A stretch of DNA of 64,000 nucleotides from Myxococcota bacterium. Lineage in GTDB: Bacteria > Myxococcota_A > UBA9042 > PHBI01 > JAWLBL01. Numbering within the stretch: position 1 is the first letter of the stretch; each line of letters opens with the position of its first letter. Positions 25,911 to 35,249 of this stretch are shown here, one piece after another. Under the pieces are notes generated by a model, which worked only from the letters and a program-made list of their open reading frames with translations, was not told the DNA's origin and did no database searches. A program made the position numbers and the translations under genes. The DNA is taken from assembly GCA_041687695.1 (NCBI GenBank), contig JAWLBL010000013.1, positions 38,275-102,274 of the forward strand, written 5' to 3'.

Positions 25911-27121
25911 TCGGGGCTCTCGGCGTCCGTGCCCTCGGGCGCCTCCGACTCCGTGCCCTCGGGCGCCTCCGACTCCGTGCCCTCGGGCGCCTCCGACTCC
26001 GTGCCCTCGGGCGCCTCCGACTCCGTGCCCTCGGGCGCCTCCGAATCCGGCGCGGGCGCAGCGTCCGCGGGGGCCGGCGTCGCCGCCGCGCCCTGGGCCG
26101 GCATCACCTTCACGAAGGCGCCGCCGCGCAGCTCCTTGACCCACTGCTCGTAGAGCCGCTCGAGCTCGCGCTCGCGCAGCCGGTAGCGGATCTGGCGCAG
26201 GATGGTCTCGCGCTGCTCGGCGTCGACTTGTTCGGTGCGCGTGTCGATGAGCTTGATGAGGTGGAAGCCGAACTCGGTGCGCACGGGCGCCGAGACCTCG
26301 CCCTTGGCCAGGGCGTAGGCGGCGTCCTCGAAGGCCGGGACGAGGTCGCCGCGCGAGAACCAGCCCAGGTCGCCGCCCGCCTGGGCGTTGTTGTCGGCGC
26401 TGTGGCGCCGCGCGAGGTCCTCGAAGCTCTGCTGCCCCGAGACCGCCTGCTCGCGGATGGCCTCCATCTTGGCCTTGATGTCGGCCTCCTCGGCCGCCGA
26501 CGCGAACTCGGGCACCCGGACGAGGATGTGGGCGGCCCGGCGCTCCTCGACCGCCTTGCCGGCGCCGAACTGCTCGGCGAAGACCCGCTCGACCTCGGCC
26601 TCGTCGATCTGGACGCGCGAGCCGACCCGGATGCCGATGGCCTGGTTCTTGAGCAGCTCCCGCTCGGCGTGGCGGCGGTAGTCGGCGAGCGACTCGAAGC
26701 CGAGGCGCTTGACGGCCTCCTCGAGCTCGGCGTCCGACCAGGCGTTCTGCTTCTTCACCCGCGCGAGCTGGGCGTCGACCTGCTCGGGTGCCACCTCGAG
26801 CTTGAGCTTTTTGGCCTCGTCCCGGATGAGCAGGTCGTTGACCAGGTTGTCGAGGGCCTCGCGCTCGAGCTGCACGAGCTCGTGCTGCGTCAGACCGCCG
26901 GTCCGCATGGCCTGGGCGACGAAGGGAGCCAGGGCGCGCTCGAGCTCGAAGCTGGTCACCGGCTCGACGTTGACCACGGCGATGATGCGGTCGACGACCC
27001 GTCCGCCGGGGGGCGGCCAGGGCTCGGTGGTCTCGACGGCGTGGGCCACGGGCGCCGCGGTCAGGGCGGCGGCCGAAAGGGCCGCCAGCTTCAGCCAGCG
27101 GGGGGCCGAGCGAAAGGTCAT
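25907..27121 (-). CDS. surA: SurA-like periplasmic chaperone / PpiC-type peptidyl-prolyl isomerase
   Basis: The ATG at 27121 gives the signal peptide MTFRSAPRWLKLAALSAAALTAAPVAHA. Chaperone N-domain: VVDRIIAVVNVEPVTSFEL. Parvulin domain: AAHILV...GGDLGWFSRGDLVPAFEDAAYALAKGEVSAPVRTEFGFHLIKL. The surA-pdxA synteny matches that of E. coli. This gene is the last 404 aa of the 1859-aa track ORF. Confidence 0.85.
   Translation of the reverse strand: MTFRSAPRWLKLAALSAAALTAAPVAHAVETTEPWPPPGGRVVDRIIAVVNVEPVTSFELERALAPFVAQAMRTGGLTQHELVQLEREALDNLVNDLLIRDEAKKLKLEVAPEQVDAQLARVKKQNAWSDAELEEAVKRLGFESLADYRRHAERELLKNQAIGIRVGSRVQIDEAEVERVFAEQFGAGKAVEERRAAHILVRVPEFASAAEEADIKAKMEAIREQAVSGQQSFEDLARRHSADNNAQAGGDLGWFSRGDLVPAFEDAAYALAKGEVSAPVRTEFGFHLIKLIDTRTEQVDAEQRETILRQIRYRLRERELERLYEQWVKELRGGAFVKVMPAQGAAATPAPADAAPAPDSEAPEGTESEAPEGTESEAPEGTESEAPEGTESEAPEGTDAESPE
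25926..26045 (-). repeat. 24-nt in-frame tandem repeat x5 encoding (SEAPEGTE)n at the SurA C-terminus
   Basis: The plus-strand unit tccgtgccctcgggcgcctccga(c/a) occurs five times in succession. Confidence 0.95.
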
Positions 27122-28434
27122 GGGGTCTCCTGGGTGGTCGCCGAGGGCGGCGCCGAGGGGGGCGGGGTTTCGGGAGCCGCCGAGCCGCTCGAGGTCGAGC
27201 CCGACCCGCCGCTCGAGGCCTTGCGATCGCGCGCCATGAGGTCCTGCACCTCCTGGGGTGACAGGTTGGGCTTCTTGGCGTTGACGTCGAGCGGGATCTC
27301 TCGGCCGGCGTTGGACTTGCCGGGCGGCCGGGTCGTGACCAGGCCGCGCCGCAGACGCTCGTCGCTGAGGTGGGGGGTGCGCGGCGTGGCGCCGGCGGCG
27401 GGCTGGCCCGCGGCAGGGGCGGGGAGCGCGTCGAGGCGGTCGGCGAGGATCTCGACCTTGGTCTTCGCCATCAGCGCGTCGATGTAATCCTGCCGCACCT
27501 GCGCCTGCTTCTCGCGAAACAGGGCGTTCTGGATGTCCAGCCGGGCCTCCTGGAGGGTCCGCGTCGTGGCGGGCCGCACCTGGGTGACCTGGACGACCGC
27601 GAAGCGACCGTCGCCCAGCGGGAACGGCGCCGAGACGTCCCCGACCCCGTCGACCGCGAAGGCCTGCTTGACCACCGACCCCGGCACGCCCTCGGGCGGC
27701 GCCCCTTCGGCCGTGAGCCAGCCGATGTCGCCCTTTCGGGCGGCCGTGGCCTCGTCCTTGGAGCGCACGCGGACGAAGTCGCCGAAGATCTGGCGCGCCT
27801 CCTTGGGCGTGGCCTCGATGGTCTTGGCGAGCACCGCGTGGACCTCGGCGGCCTCGTCCGCCGTCGGCAGCACCAGCACGGCGGCCCGGCGGCGCTCGGG
27901 CTGCACGAAGTCGTCGCGCTTGTCTTCGTACCACGCCGCGATCTCGGCCTCGGTGATGTCGGCCATGGTCGGCCCGGACCTCACCACGTCCTCGAGCAGC
28001 GCGCGGGCGAGCGCGTCCTTCCAGGCCTCCTGGACCCTGGGCTGCTGGTCGAGCCCCTGGCGCTTGGCCTCGGCCGCTATGACCTCGAACTGGACCATCG
28101 CCCGCAGCAGCTCCTCTCGGTTCGCCTGCGACGCGTAGCGCGCCTGCATGTGGGGCGGCTGCTGGCGAATGCGCGCCGCGACGTCGGCCAGCGTGATGCG
28201 GTGCTCGCCGAAGCGCGCCACCTCGACGTTGGCGATCTCGGGCGGGAGATCCGTCGCCGCGGCGCTGGCCGCCACGGCCGCCTGGCCGTCGGTCACGGCC
28301 TTCCGGGCCTGCTCGGCCCGCTCGGCGGCCTCGGCGCGGCGCGCGGTGACCACGTCGGCCTTGTCCGGCTTGCATCCAGCGACCAGCCCGAGCAGGGCGA
28401 GGGCGCTCAGGCCCGTCCCGATGGCAATCCTCAT
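27118..28434 (-). CDS. PpiC/parvulin-type PPIase lipoprotein (SurA/PrsA/PpiD-like)
   Basis: Lipobox: LALLGLVAGC. Parvulin-like core: RRAAVLVL...KGDIGWLT...VVKQAFAVDGVGDVSAPFPLGDGRFAVVQV. The stop overlaps the surA start (ATGA). The C-terminal tail is Ser/Gly/Pro-rich. Confidence 0.75.
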   Translation of the reverse strand: MRIAIGTGLSALALLGLVAGCKPDKADVVTARRAEAAERAEQARKAVTDGQAAVAASAAATDLPPEIANVEVARFGEHRITLADVAARIRQQPPHMQARYASQANREELLRAMVQFEVIAAEAKRQGLDQQPRVQEAWKDALARALLEDVVRSGPTMADITEAEIAAWYEDKRDDFVQPERRRAAVLVLPTADEAAEVHAVLAKTIEATPKEARQIFGDFVRVRSKDEATAARKGDIGWLTAEGAPPEGVPGSVVKQAFAVDGVGDVSAPFPLGDGRFAVVQVTQVRPATTRTLQEARLDIQNALFREKQAQVRQDYIDALMAKTKVEILADRLDALPAPAAGQPAAGATPRTPHLSDERLRRGLVTTRPPGKSNAGREIPLDVNAKKPNLSPQEVQDLMARDRKASSGGSGSTSSGSAAPETPPPSAPPSATTQETP

Positions 28435-28455
28435 GCTTGGCTCTGCTCCCGGCCC

Positions 28456-31400
28456 TCAGGCCTGCGGTCGATGATGGGGCGGCGCGCCGGGCGGCGCCTT
28501 GTCGGAGGGCCGGGCCCGGGCAAGGAACGCGCGCAGGTCCCGCAGGATTTCCCGCAGCGGCTCGAGACCACGCGCCCACTCGCCCTGCGAGACGGATCGG
28601 ATCATCTGTCCCTCGGGGGTCAGGCGCAGGCGTCCGCCGGCGCCGTTCACGAGGCGCGTCAACAGATCCGGCGTCCACACGCCGTGCTCGGCGACCCCGA
28701 AGCTCATGCGTGCGCTGGAGTATCCGACGGAGCTGAGGCCGAGCTCGCGGGCCTCGATCTTCACGGCCATCAGCTCGACCAGGTTCGCGACCGGCTGGGG
28801 CGCCTTGCCATAGCGGTCGATGGCATCGTGGTACACGGCGAACAGCTCGTCCACGTTCTTCGCGCCGGCCAGCTGCTTGTACAGCCGCAGCCTCAGGGTC
28901 GTGTCGGGCAGCCAGCGCTCGGGGATGCGGCCCTCGACCGAGACCTTCAGCTCGGGATCCGGCAGCTCGCGGCGGGGCGCCGCCTCGTCGGCCCCGCCGG
29001 ACAGGCCCTCTTCCCTGAGGTCTTCGATGGCCTGCTGCAGCAGCTCGATGTAGGCGTCGTAGCCGACCGCCTCGATCTGCCCGCTCTGGTCCGCGCCCAG
29101 GAGGTCGCCGGAGCCGCGGATGTCCAGGTCGTACGAGGCGATCTGGAAGCCGCTGCCCAGCTCGGTGAAGCGCTGGATGGCCGCGATGCGCTGCTGCGCG
29201 TCGCCGCTGAGGTTCTGCGGGGCCGGGATGAGCAGGTAGCAGTAGGCGCGCTCGCTGGAGCGCCCGACCCGGCCGCGCAGCTGATAGAGCTGCGCGAGGC
29301 CGAACCGGTCGGCGCGGTTGATGATCATCGTGTTGGCGTTGGGGATGTCGATGCCGCTCTCGATGATGGTCGTGCACACGAGCACGTTCGCCTCGCCGCG
29401 CATGAAGCGCATCATCACCTCTTCGAGGCGCGTGCGGTCCATCTGGCCATGGCCGACGATGACGCGCGCGCCGGGGACGAGGCGCCCGATGAGCTCGGCG
29501 TGCTTGTCGATGTCCTCGACGCGGTTGTGGACGTAGTAGACCTGCCCGCCGCGCTTGAGCTCGCCCTCGATCGCCTCGGCGACGATCTCCTCGTTGGGCT
29601 GCGCCACCATGGTGCGGATCGCCAGGCGGTCGGCCGGCGGCGTCTGGATGAGGGAGATGTCGCGCAGACCCGACAGCGCCAGGTTGAGCGTGCGCGGGAT
29701 GGGCGTCGCGGTCAGCGTCAGCACGTCCACGTTGGCGCGCACCTCCTTCAGACGCTCCTTGTGCGACACGCCGAAGCGGTGCTCCTCGTCGACGACCAGC
29801 AGGCCGAGGTCGCGGAAGACGACGTCCTTGGACAGCAGCCGGTGGGTGCCGATGAGGATGTCCACGTCGCCGCGCTTGACGCGATCGAGGACCTCCTTGG
29901 ACTCCTTGCTCGAGCGCGAGCTGCTGAGGACCTCGATGTTGACGGGCAGGCCGTCGAAGCGCCGGACGAAGCTGAGGCGGTGCTGCTCGGCCAGCACCAC
30001 GGTCGGCACCAGGAGCGCCACCTGCTTGCCGTCGAGGACGGCCTTGGCGGCCGCGCGCATCGCCACCTCGGTCTTGCCGAAGCCGACGTCGCCGCACACG
30101 AGGCGGTCCATCGGCCGGGCGCGCTGCATGTCCTCGAGCACCTCCTCGATGGCCTTGTGCTGGTCCGGCGTCTCGTCGTACGGGAACGCCGCCTCGAAGC
30201 GCGAGAAGTACTCGCCGGGCGGCGAGAAGGCGTACCCCTGGCGGAGCTCTCGCTCGGCGTAGATCTTGAGCAGCTGCTTGGCGATGTCGCGGACGGCCTT
30301 CTTGACGCGCGACTTGGTCCGCTGCCACCCCGTGCCGCCGAGCTTGTCGAGCGGCGGCGCGCCCGAGTCGCCGGGCGTGTGCCGCGAGACGAGGTGCAGC
30401 TTGTCGACCGGGACGAAGAGCTTGTTGTGGCCCGAGTACTCGATGACCAGGAAGTCGGTCTCGATGTTGCCGACCGCCGTCTTGGTCAGGCCCACGTACC
30501 GCCCGATGCCGTGCATCAGGTGGACCACGTAGTCGCCTTCCTTGAGGTCGCGCCAGCTGGCCAGCGCCGCCTCGGAGGGCGCGCCGCGTCGCACGGCGCG
30601 GCGGCGGGCCTTCTTGCCCAGGATCTCGGTCTCGTCGAGGATCACCAGGCCCAGGTCGGGCGACCGGAAGCCCTGCCCCGGGTCGCCGACGAAGAGGTCC
30701 ACCTCGGCGTCCGAGGCGCGTAGCGCCGTCACCAGCCCCAGGTGGAAGTCGCCCTGGTGGCGCGCGACCTTCAGCCCGTAGTGGCCCAGCAGCCCCTTGA
30801 TGCGCTCGGCCCCGCCCTCGGTGTGCGAGCACACGACCACCGGCCAGCCCTGCTCGCGCCACTCGCGCACGCGCCGGGTCAGGGGGGCCAGCACCTGGTC
30901 CTCGCCCGCGCGCGTCGCGGCCTCGATCTCTCGCCGGACGTCGGCGTTGTCGACCACGTCCCAGCGCACCGCCTCGGCGCCGTCGCCCACCATCTCGAAC
31001 GGCAGCAGGCGCCCGGCGACGACCCGATCGAGCCGGGCCAGCGCCTCGTCGGCCTCGAGGTACAGCGCCTCGGCGCGGTAGGCCAGGTCGGCGCCGCCGG
31101 CCCGCGCGCGCTCGGCCCGCTTGGCGACGTCCTCCCAGCGCTCCGTCAGGATGGCGCGGCAGCGGTCGGGGTCCTCGACGAACCACAGCGCGTCGCGCGG
31201 CGCGAGGTCGAACAGGGTCTCGAGCTGGTCGTAGAAGGCGGGGAGCAGCTCCTCCATCCCCACGCCGAGGATGCCGTTCTGGATGTCCTCGGCGACCGCG
31301 CGCGCGCGCGAGGTGGGGATGTGCAGCTCGTCGGCGAGGTCGTGGATGGCGTTGCGGGCGCGCCGCATCGACGCGTCCGTGAAGAGGATGTCGCGCGCCG

Positions 31401-32160
31401 GCCCGACGACGATCTCGGAGACCGGGTCGGTGGTCTGCTGCGTGGCCGGGTCGAAGAAGCGGAGGCTGTCGACCTCGTCGCCCCACAGATCGATGCGGAC
31501 GGGCAGGTCGTACAGCGGCGTGTAGACGTCCACGATGCCGCCGCGGACGGCGAAGCTGCCCGGGTCTTCGACGGCCGGGACGCCGTGGTAGCCGGCGCCG
31601 GCCAAGAACGAGAGCAGCCCGTCGCGGTCGAGCGTGTCGCCGACCGAGACGATCCAGGCGCTGTCGGTCAGGGCCGAGCGCGGCATCACGCGGTCGAGCA
31701 GCGCGCGGGCCGGGATGACCAGGGCGGCGACGTCCAGGCCGTTGACCACGCGGAAGAGGCTGGCGACGCGATCCATGACGTGGACGCGCGAGGGGCTCAT
31801 CCCGGAAAAGGGCGTGTGGTCCAGGCCGCGGAACAGGACCACCGGGTCGAGCTGGCCCTGGGGCGGCTCGAAGAAGTCGAGGCCGGCGCGCAGCTCGGCG
31901 GCGCGGTCGTCGTCGGGCGTCACCACCACCAGCGGGCGCGGGCGCTTGTCACGGAGGGCCGCCAGGACGAAGCCCGCGAAGCCGCCGCTGGCCCCGACGA
32001 CGTCCGCCGGGCGGCCGGCGTCGATGGCCTGGACCAGCTGCTCGAGGCGGCGTGAGGTCGGCGCGACCGGGACTCGGTCGTTCGTGTGCGGGCCGGACAA
32101 CGGAGGCTCCTTCGGGGCGCGAGGTCCACCGGATGAATGGGGGGCGCGCAACCTAGTCAC
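28456..32160 (-). CDS. mfd: transcription-repair coupling factor
   Basis: 1234-aa ORF with a GTG start whose exact position is uncertain. CarD-like segment: DLKEGDYVVHLMHGIGRY. Helicase motifs: CGDVGFGKTEVAMRAA, LLVVDEEHRFG, LTLTATPIPRT, GQVYYVHNRVEDI and RGRVGRS. Confidence 0.95.
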   Translation of the reverse strand: MTRLRAPHSSGGPRAPKEPPLSGPHTNDRVPVAPTSRRLEQLVQAIDAGRPADVVGASGGFAGFVLAALRDKRPRPLVVVTPDDDRAAELRAGLDFFEPPQGQLDPVVLFRGLDHTPFSGMSPSRVHVMDRVASLFRVVNGLDVAALVIPARALLDRVMPRSALTDSAWIVSVGDTLDRDGLLSFLAGAGYHGVPAVEDPGSFAVRGGIVDVYTPLYDLPVRIDLWGDEVDSLRFFDPATQQTTDPVSEIVVGPARDILFTDASMRRARNAIHDLADELHIPTSRARAVAEDIQNGILGVGMEELLPAFYDQLETLFDLAPRDALWFVEDPDRCRAILTERWEDVAKRAERARAGGADLAYRAEALYLEADEALARLDRVVAGRLLPFEMVGDGAEAVRWDVVDNADVRREIEAATRAGEDQVLAPLTRRVREWREQGWPVVVCSHTEGGAERIKGLLGHYGLKVARHQGDFHLGLVTALRASDAEVDLFVGDPGQGFRSPDLGLVILDETEILGKKARRRAVRRGAPSEAALASWRDLKEGDYVVHLMHGIGRYVGLTKTAVGNIETDFLVIEYSGHNKLFVPVDKLHLVSRHTPGDSGAPPLDKLGGTGWQRTKSRVKKAVRDIAKQLLKIYAERELRQGYAFSPPGEYFSRFEAAFPYDETPDQHKAIEEVLEDMQRARPMDRLVCGDVGFGKTEVAMRAAAKAVLDGKQVALLVPTVVLAEQHRLSFVRRFDGLPVNIEVLSSSRSSKESKEVLDRVKRGDVDILIGTHRLLSKDVVFRDLGLLVVDEEHRFGVSHKERLKEVRANVDVLTLTATPIPRTLNLALSGLRDISLIQTPPADRLAIRTMVAQPNEEIVAEAIEGELKRGGQVYYVHNRVEDIDKHAELIGRLVPGARVIVGHGQMDRTRLEEVMMRFMRGEANVLVCTTIIESGIDIPNANTMIINRADRFGLAQLYQLRGRVGRSSERAYCYLLIPAPQNLSGDAQQRIAAIQRFTELGSGFQIASYDLDIRGSGDLLGADQSGQIEAVGYDAYIELLQQAIEDLREEGLSGGADEAAPRRELPDPELKVSVEGRIPERWLPDTTLRLRLYKQLAGAKNVDELFAVYHDAIDRYGKAPQPVANLVELMAVKIEARELGLSSVGYSSARMSFGVAEHGVWTPDLLTRLVNGAGGRLRLTPEGQMIRSVSQGEWARGLEPLREILRDLRAFLARARPSDKAPPGAPPHHRPQA

Positions 32161-32249
32161 ATCCGTTCAGTCATTCAAGGCCCTGGTCGGCAGAAAGTGC
32201 GCGGCGCCCGCCCGGTGAGCCTCGTTCCACGCGCCTCACTCGGTGCGCC

Positions 32250-33701
32250 TCACTCAGTACGATAGTCGACCTGCTCGACCGACTTCACCCGCGCCCACGT
32301 CCGCAGCGGCTCGGCGAGGTCCTTGGCGGTGGCGACCACGACGACGACCACCTGGTCGGGCGTCAGGTGGCGGCGGATCGCGGCGTTGACCTGCTCGGGC
32401 GTGACGGCGTCGACCAGCGCACGGAAGCGCTCGACCCAGTCCGCCGGGCGACCTTGCAGGTGGGCGCCCAGCAGCTCGTTCAGGCGCTTGTCCGCCGTGT
32501 CGATGGCGAAGGCGTGGCCGTTGACGAGGTAGCTCTTGGCGAAGGCGACCTCGTCGGCCGTGACGCCGTCCTTCACCAGCGCGGCGAACAGCTCGTCGGC
32601 GAGCTGGATGGCCGGCAGGGTGTCCCCGATGGCGGGGTAGAAGCGGATGGTGAAGGTCCCGAGGTGGCGGTCGGTGCTGAGGTAGCTGTAGGCGCCGTAG
32701 GACCAGCCGCGCTTTTCGCGGATCTCGTGGCTGAGCTTGGCCGTGAAGGTGCCGCCGAACAGGGTGTGGGCGACCAGGAGCGGCACGAAGTCGGGGTGGT
32801 TGGCGTCCAGGGTCGGGTGGCCGATGTAGACCTGCGTCTGGCTGCGCTCGGGCTTGTCGACGATGAGGGCGCCGTAGGCCGCCGGGGGCGTCGCCGGCGG
32901 GACCGGCATCGCGCTGGCCGGGGCGTCGGGCAGGCGGGCCGCGGTGCGCTCGAGGAAGGTGGCCACGCGCGCGCGGTCGGCGTCACCCGAGACGCCGAGC
33001 ACCGCGCCGCCCCGCTTGAAGTGGGCGCGGTAGAAGTCGACGACGTCCTGGCGGGAGATGGCGGCGATGGTCTTCGAGGTGCCCTTGAGCGGGCGGCCGT
33101 AGGGGTGGCCGGCGAAGAGGCGCTTGACGAAGAAGCGCTGGCCGAGGGCCGAGTCGTTGTCCTGGACCTGCGCCAGCTCGGCCAGGGTCTGCCGCTTGAG
33201 CTTGTCCAGCTCGTCCAGAGGGAAGGTCGGCTCGGCCAGGACCGTGCCGAGCAGCGCCTCGAAGGCGTCGAGGTTGCGCGTGAGCGCGTCGCCCGTCAGC
33301 GTCGTGGTGTCGCGGCCGGTCGACACGGACAGGTGCGAGCCCAGGAAGTCGAGCTCGTCGGCGATGGTCTCCTGCGTGAGCTGGCCGGCGCCGCGCGTCA
33401 GCATCTGCCCCGTCAGGTAGGCCAGCCCCTCCTTGCCCGGCGGGTCGAGCAGCGAGCCGACCCGCAGCGTCAGCGACCAGGTCGAGATGGGCCGCGTCGG
33501 GTCGGGGACGTGGATGACGTCCACGCCGCCGAGGGTGTCGACGCTGGAGGGGCGGCTCTCGGTAGGCTGCGTCACGGTCGGGGACTCCGGGGACGGGCGC
33601 TTGGGGGGCGCGGCGAGGGGGGCGCGCGCGGCGAAGGCCAGGAAGGCGCAGCCGACCGTGGCGATCTCCATCAGGCGCGTGGTGGATGGCCAGGACAGCA
33701 T
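32250..33701 (-). CDS. M16-family peptidase-like protein, non-catalytic partner (no HxxEH)
   Basis: The ATG at 33701 lies 10 nt after the upstream M16 stop. The fold pattern is M16, but the zinc-motif position reads GLAYLTGQML. The N-terminus is signal-like (MEIATVGCAFLAFAARAPLA). Confidence 0.75.
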   Translation of the reverse strand: MLSWPSTTRLMEIATVGCAFLAFAARAPLAAPPKRPSPESPTVTQPTESRPSSVDTLGGVDVIHVPDPTRPISTWSLTLRVGSLLDPPGKEGLAYLTGQMLTRGAGQLTQETIADELDFLGSHLSVSTGRDTTTLTGDALTRNLDAFEALLGTVLAEPTFPLDELDKLKRQTLAELAQVQDNDSALGQRFFVKRLFAGHPYGRPLKGTSKTIAAISRQDVVDFYRAHFKRGGAVLGVSGDADRARVATFLERTAARLPDAPASAMPVPPATPPAAYGALIVDKPERSQTQVYIGHPTLDANHPDFVPLLVAHTLFGGTFTAKLSHEIREKRGWSYGAYSYLSTDRHLGTFTIRFYPAIGDTLPAIQLADELFAALVKDGVTADEVAFAKSYLVNGHAFAIDTADKRLNELLGAHLQGRPADWVERFRALVDAVTPEQVNAAIRRHLTPDQVVVVVVATAKDLAEPLRTWARVKSVEQVDYRTE

Positions 33702-33711
33702 CGGGTTCGGC

Positions 33712-35172
33712 TCAGTCGGCCAGCGCGTCGGGGGCGTCCGGCGTCTCCCCGTCCTCGGCGGCCTCGGGTTGCGGACGGGCGGCGAGCACGGTCCGGTTCT
33801 CGCGCCGCAGCACCTTGCGGGCGACCGCCAGCACGTCGTCGGCCGTGACCTTCCGCAGGGCCTCCATCTCGGCGATGAAGCGCTTGTAGTCGCCCGCCGT
33901 GGTCTCGGCGTCGCCCAGAGCGCGGGCGCGGCTTCCGACGTCGGCCAGGCTGCGCAGGAAGCTCGCCTCGAGGCCGTTCTTGGCCTTGTCGAGCTCACGC
34001 GCGGTGACCGGCTCGCGGGTGACCCGCTCGAGCGCCTCGTCCATGGCGCGCTCGGCGTCGGCCAGCGCCTTGCCCGGCTGCATCGTCACGCCGATCTCGT
34101 ACAGCCCCGGCATCGCCCAGCTCGGTGCGTAGCCGCCGACGTCGCTGGCCAGCTCGAGGTCGGTCACCAGCAGCTTGTGCAGGCGCGCCGACTCGCCGCC
34201 GACCAGGATCTCGTTGAGCACCACCAGCGGCGCATGGCCCGGGTCCGTGATGGCCGGCGCGTGCCACGCGTAGATGCCCTTCTCGGCGGCGATGGCCAGC
34301 TCGAGCACCTTGCGCTTTTCGGCCTTCTGCGGCGGCTCGACCTTCACGTCCTCGGCCGGGACCGGCTGCGCCTGCAGGTGGCCGTAGTACTTCTGGATCG
34401 TCCGCAGCGCCTCGGGGCCGTCGACGTCGCCCACCAGCACCACCGTCGCGTTGTTCGGCGCGTAGTACAGGCGATAGAACTCGAGGCAGTCCTCGAGGGT
34501 GATGGCCTCGATGTCCTTCATCCAGCCGATGGTCGGCCACCCGTAGGTGTGGACGTCGTAGGCCAGGGCGTACAGCTCCTCGTACATGCGGCCGTCGGGG
34601 TCGTTGTCGACCCGCAGCAGCCGCTCGTTCTTGACCACCTCGCGCTCGCTCTCGAGCTGCTGGGCGTTCAGGATCATGTGCTCCATGCGGTCAGCCTCGA
34701 GGCTCGCCACGAGGTCCAGGTTCCCGGCCGGGAGCTTCTCCTTGTAATAGGTCCAGTCGACCCAGGTCGCCGCGTTGGTCTGGGCGCCGTGCTTCTCCAT
34801 GACCTGGTCGAACTCGCCGTCCGCCATGTTCTTGGTGGCCTTGAACATGAGGTGCTCGAACAGGTGGGCGATGCCGGTGCGGCCCTCCTTCTCGTGGCGC
34901 GACCCGACCCGGAACCACGTGTGGTACGAGAACACGGGCGCGGCGTGGTCCTCCCACAGGATGACCGTCAGGCCGTTGCCCATGCGGAACTTGTCGATGT
35001 GGGCCGGCCCGAGGGTGAGCCGGTCGACCCGCTCGAGGCGCGCGGTGGGCGCCTGGTCCCGGTTCAGCTCGACCAGCGTGGCGTCGTCGACGCCCAGGGC
35101 CGTGCTCGTCACCGTCATCGTCGTCATGAGGATCCCCAAAAGGCCGGTCGCTCGGGTCCGCGTCCACCACAT
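33712..35172 (-). CDS. M16-family (pitrilysin/insulinase-type) zinc peptidase
   Basis: GSRHEKEGRTGIAHLFEHLMFKATKN carries an intact HxxEH inverted zinc motif. A downstream NAATWVDWTYY...E region is present. The N-terminus is signal-like. Confidence 0.85.
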   Translation of the reverse strand: MWWTRTRATGLLGILMTTMTVTSTALGVDDATLVELNRDQAPTARLERVDRLTLGPAHIDKFRMGNGLTVILWEDHAAPVFSYHTWFRVGSRHEKEGRTGIAHLFEHLMFKATKNMADGEFDQVMEKHGAQTNAATWVDWTYYKEKLPAGNLDLVASLEADRMEHMILNAQQLESEREVVKNERLLRVDNDPDGRMYEELYALAYDVHTYGWPTIGWMKDIEAITLEDCLEFYRLYYAPNNATVVLVGDVDGPEALRTIQKYYGHLQAQPVPAEDVKVEPPQKAEKRKVLELAIAAEKGIYAWHAPAITDPGHAPLVVLNEILVGGESARLHKLLVTDLELASDVGGYAPSWAMPGLYEIGVTMQPGKALADAERAMDEALERVTREPVTARELDKAKNGLEASFLRSLADVGSRARALGDAETTAGDYKRFIAEMEALRKVTADDVLAVARKVLRRENRTVLAARPQPEAAEDGETPDAPDALAD

Positions 35173-35181
35173 GAGGCAGGG

Positions 35182-35210
35182 ACGCTAATGGACCTCGGGC
35201 GGGGCGGCAA
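35182..35210 (-). promoter_or_regulatory. putative promoter of the M16 pair (near-leaderless)
   Basis: The minus strand reads TTGCCG-N17-TAGCGT, and the -10 element ends 9 nt before the ATG at 35172. Confidence 0.3.
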
Positions 35211-35249
35211 GCCCGGGGTGCGCGCGCTGCAGGAGCCGTGGGGGCCGCG

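Noticed and set aside
25926-26045. Regular short direct repeats that could suggest a CRISPR array (also at 10010-10075, 10963-11665 and 45768-45850)
   Set aside because: The units are contiguous, with no unique spacers. The periods are multiples of three (24, 18, 60 and 27 nt). All lie in frame inside coding sequences, and no cas genes are present.
25011-26144. Long form of pdxA with a GGARGHGV-repeat N-terminus
   Set aside because: The extension is the SurA SEAPEGTE repeat read in another frame. The conserved PdxA sequence begins at ...GLTMGDPTGIGPEI.
25907-31486. 1859-aa minus-strand ORF, the longest in the track
   Set aside because: Only its last 404 aa (from the ATG at 27121) make a coherent SurA-like protein. 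The rest is an Arg/Gly/Pro-rich off-frame read across the PPIase lipoprotein and mfd genes, whose own frames give clean conserved motifs.
32231-32255. Direct repeat gcgcctcactc x2 at the M16 stop / mfd upstream region
   Set aside because: It is a short (11-nt) two-copy repeat overlapping a stop codon, with no associated structure or motif. It is most likely a chance or slippage duplication.
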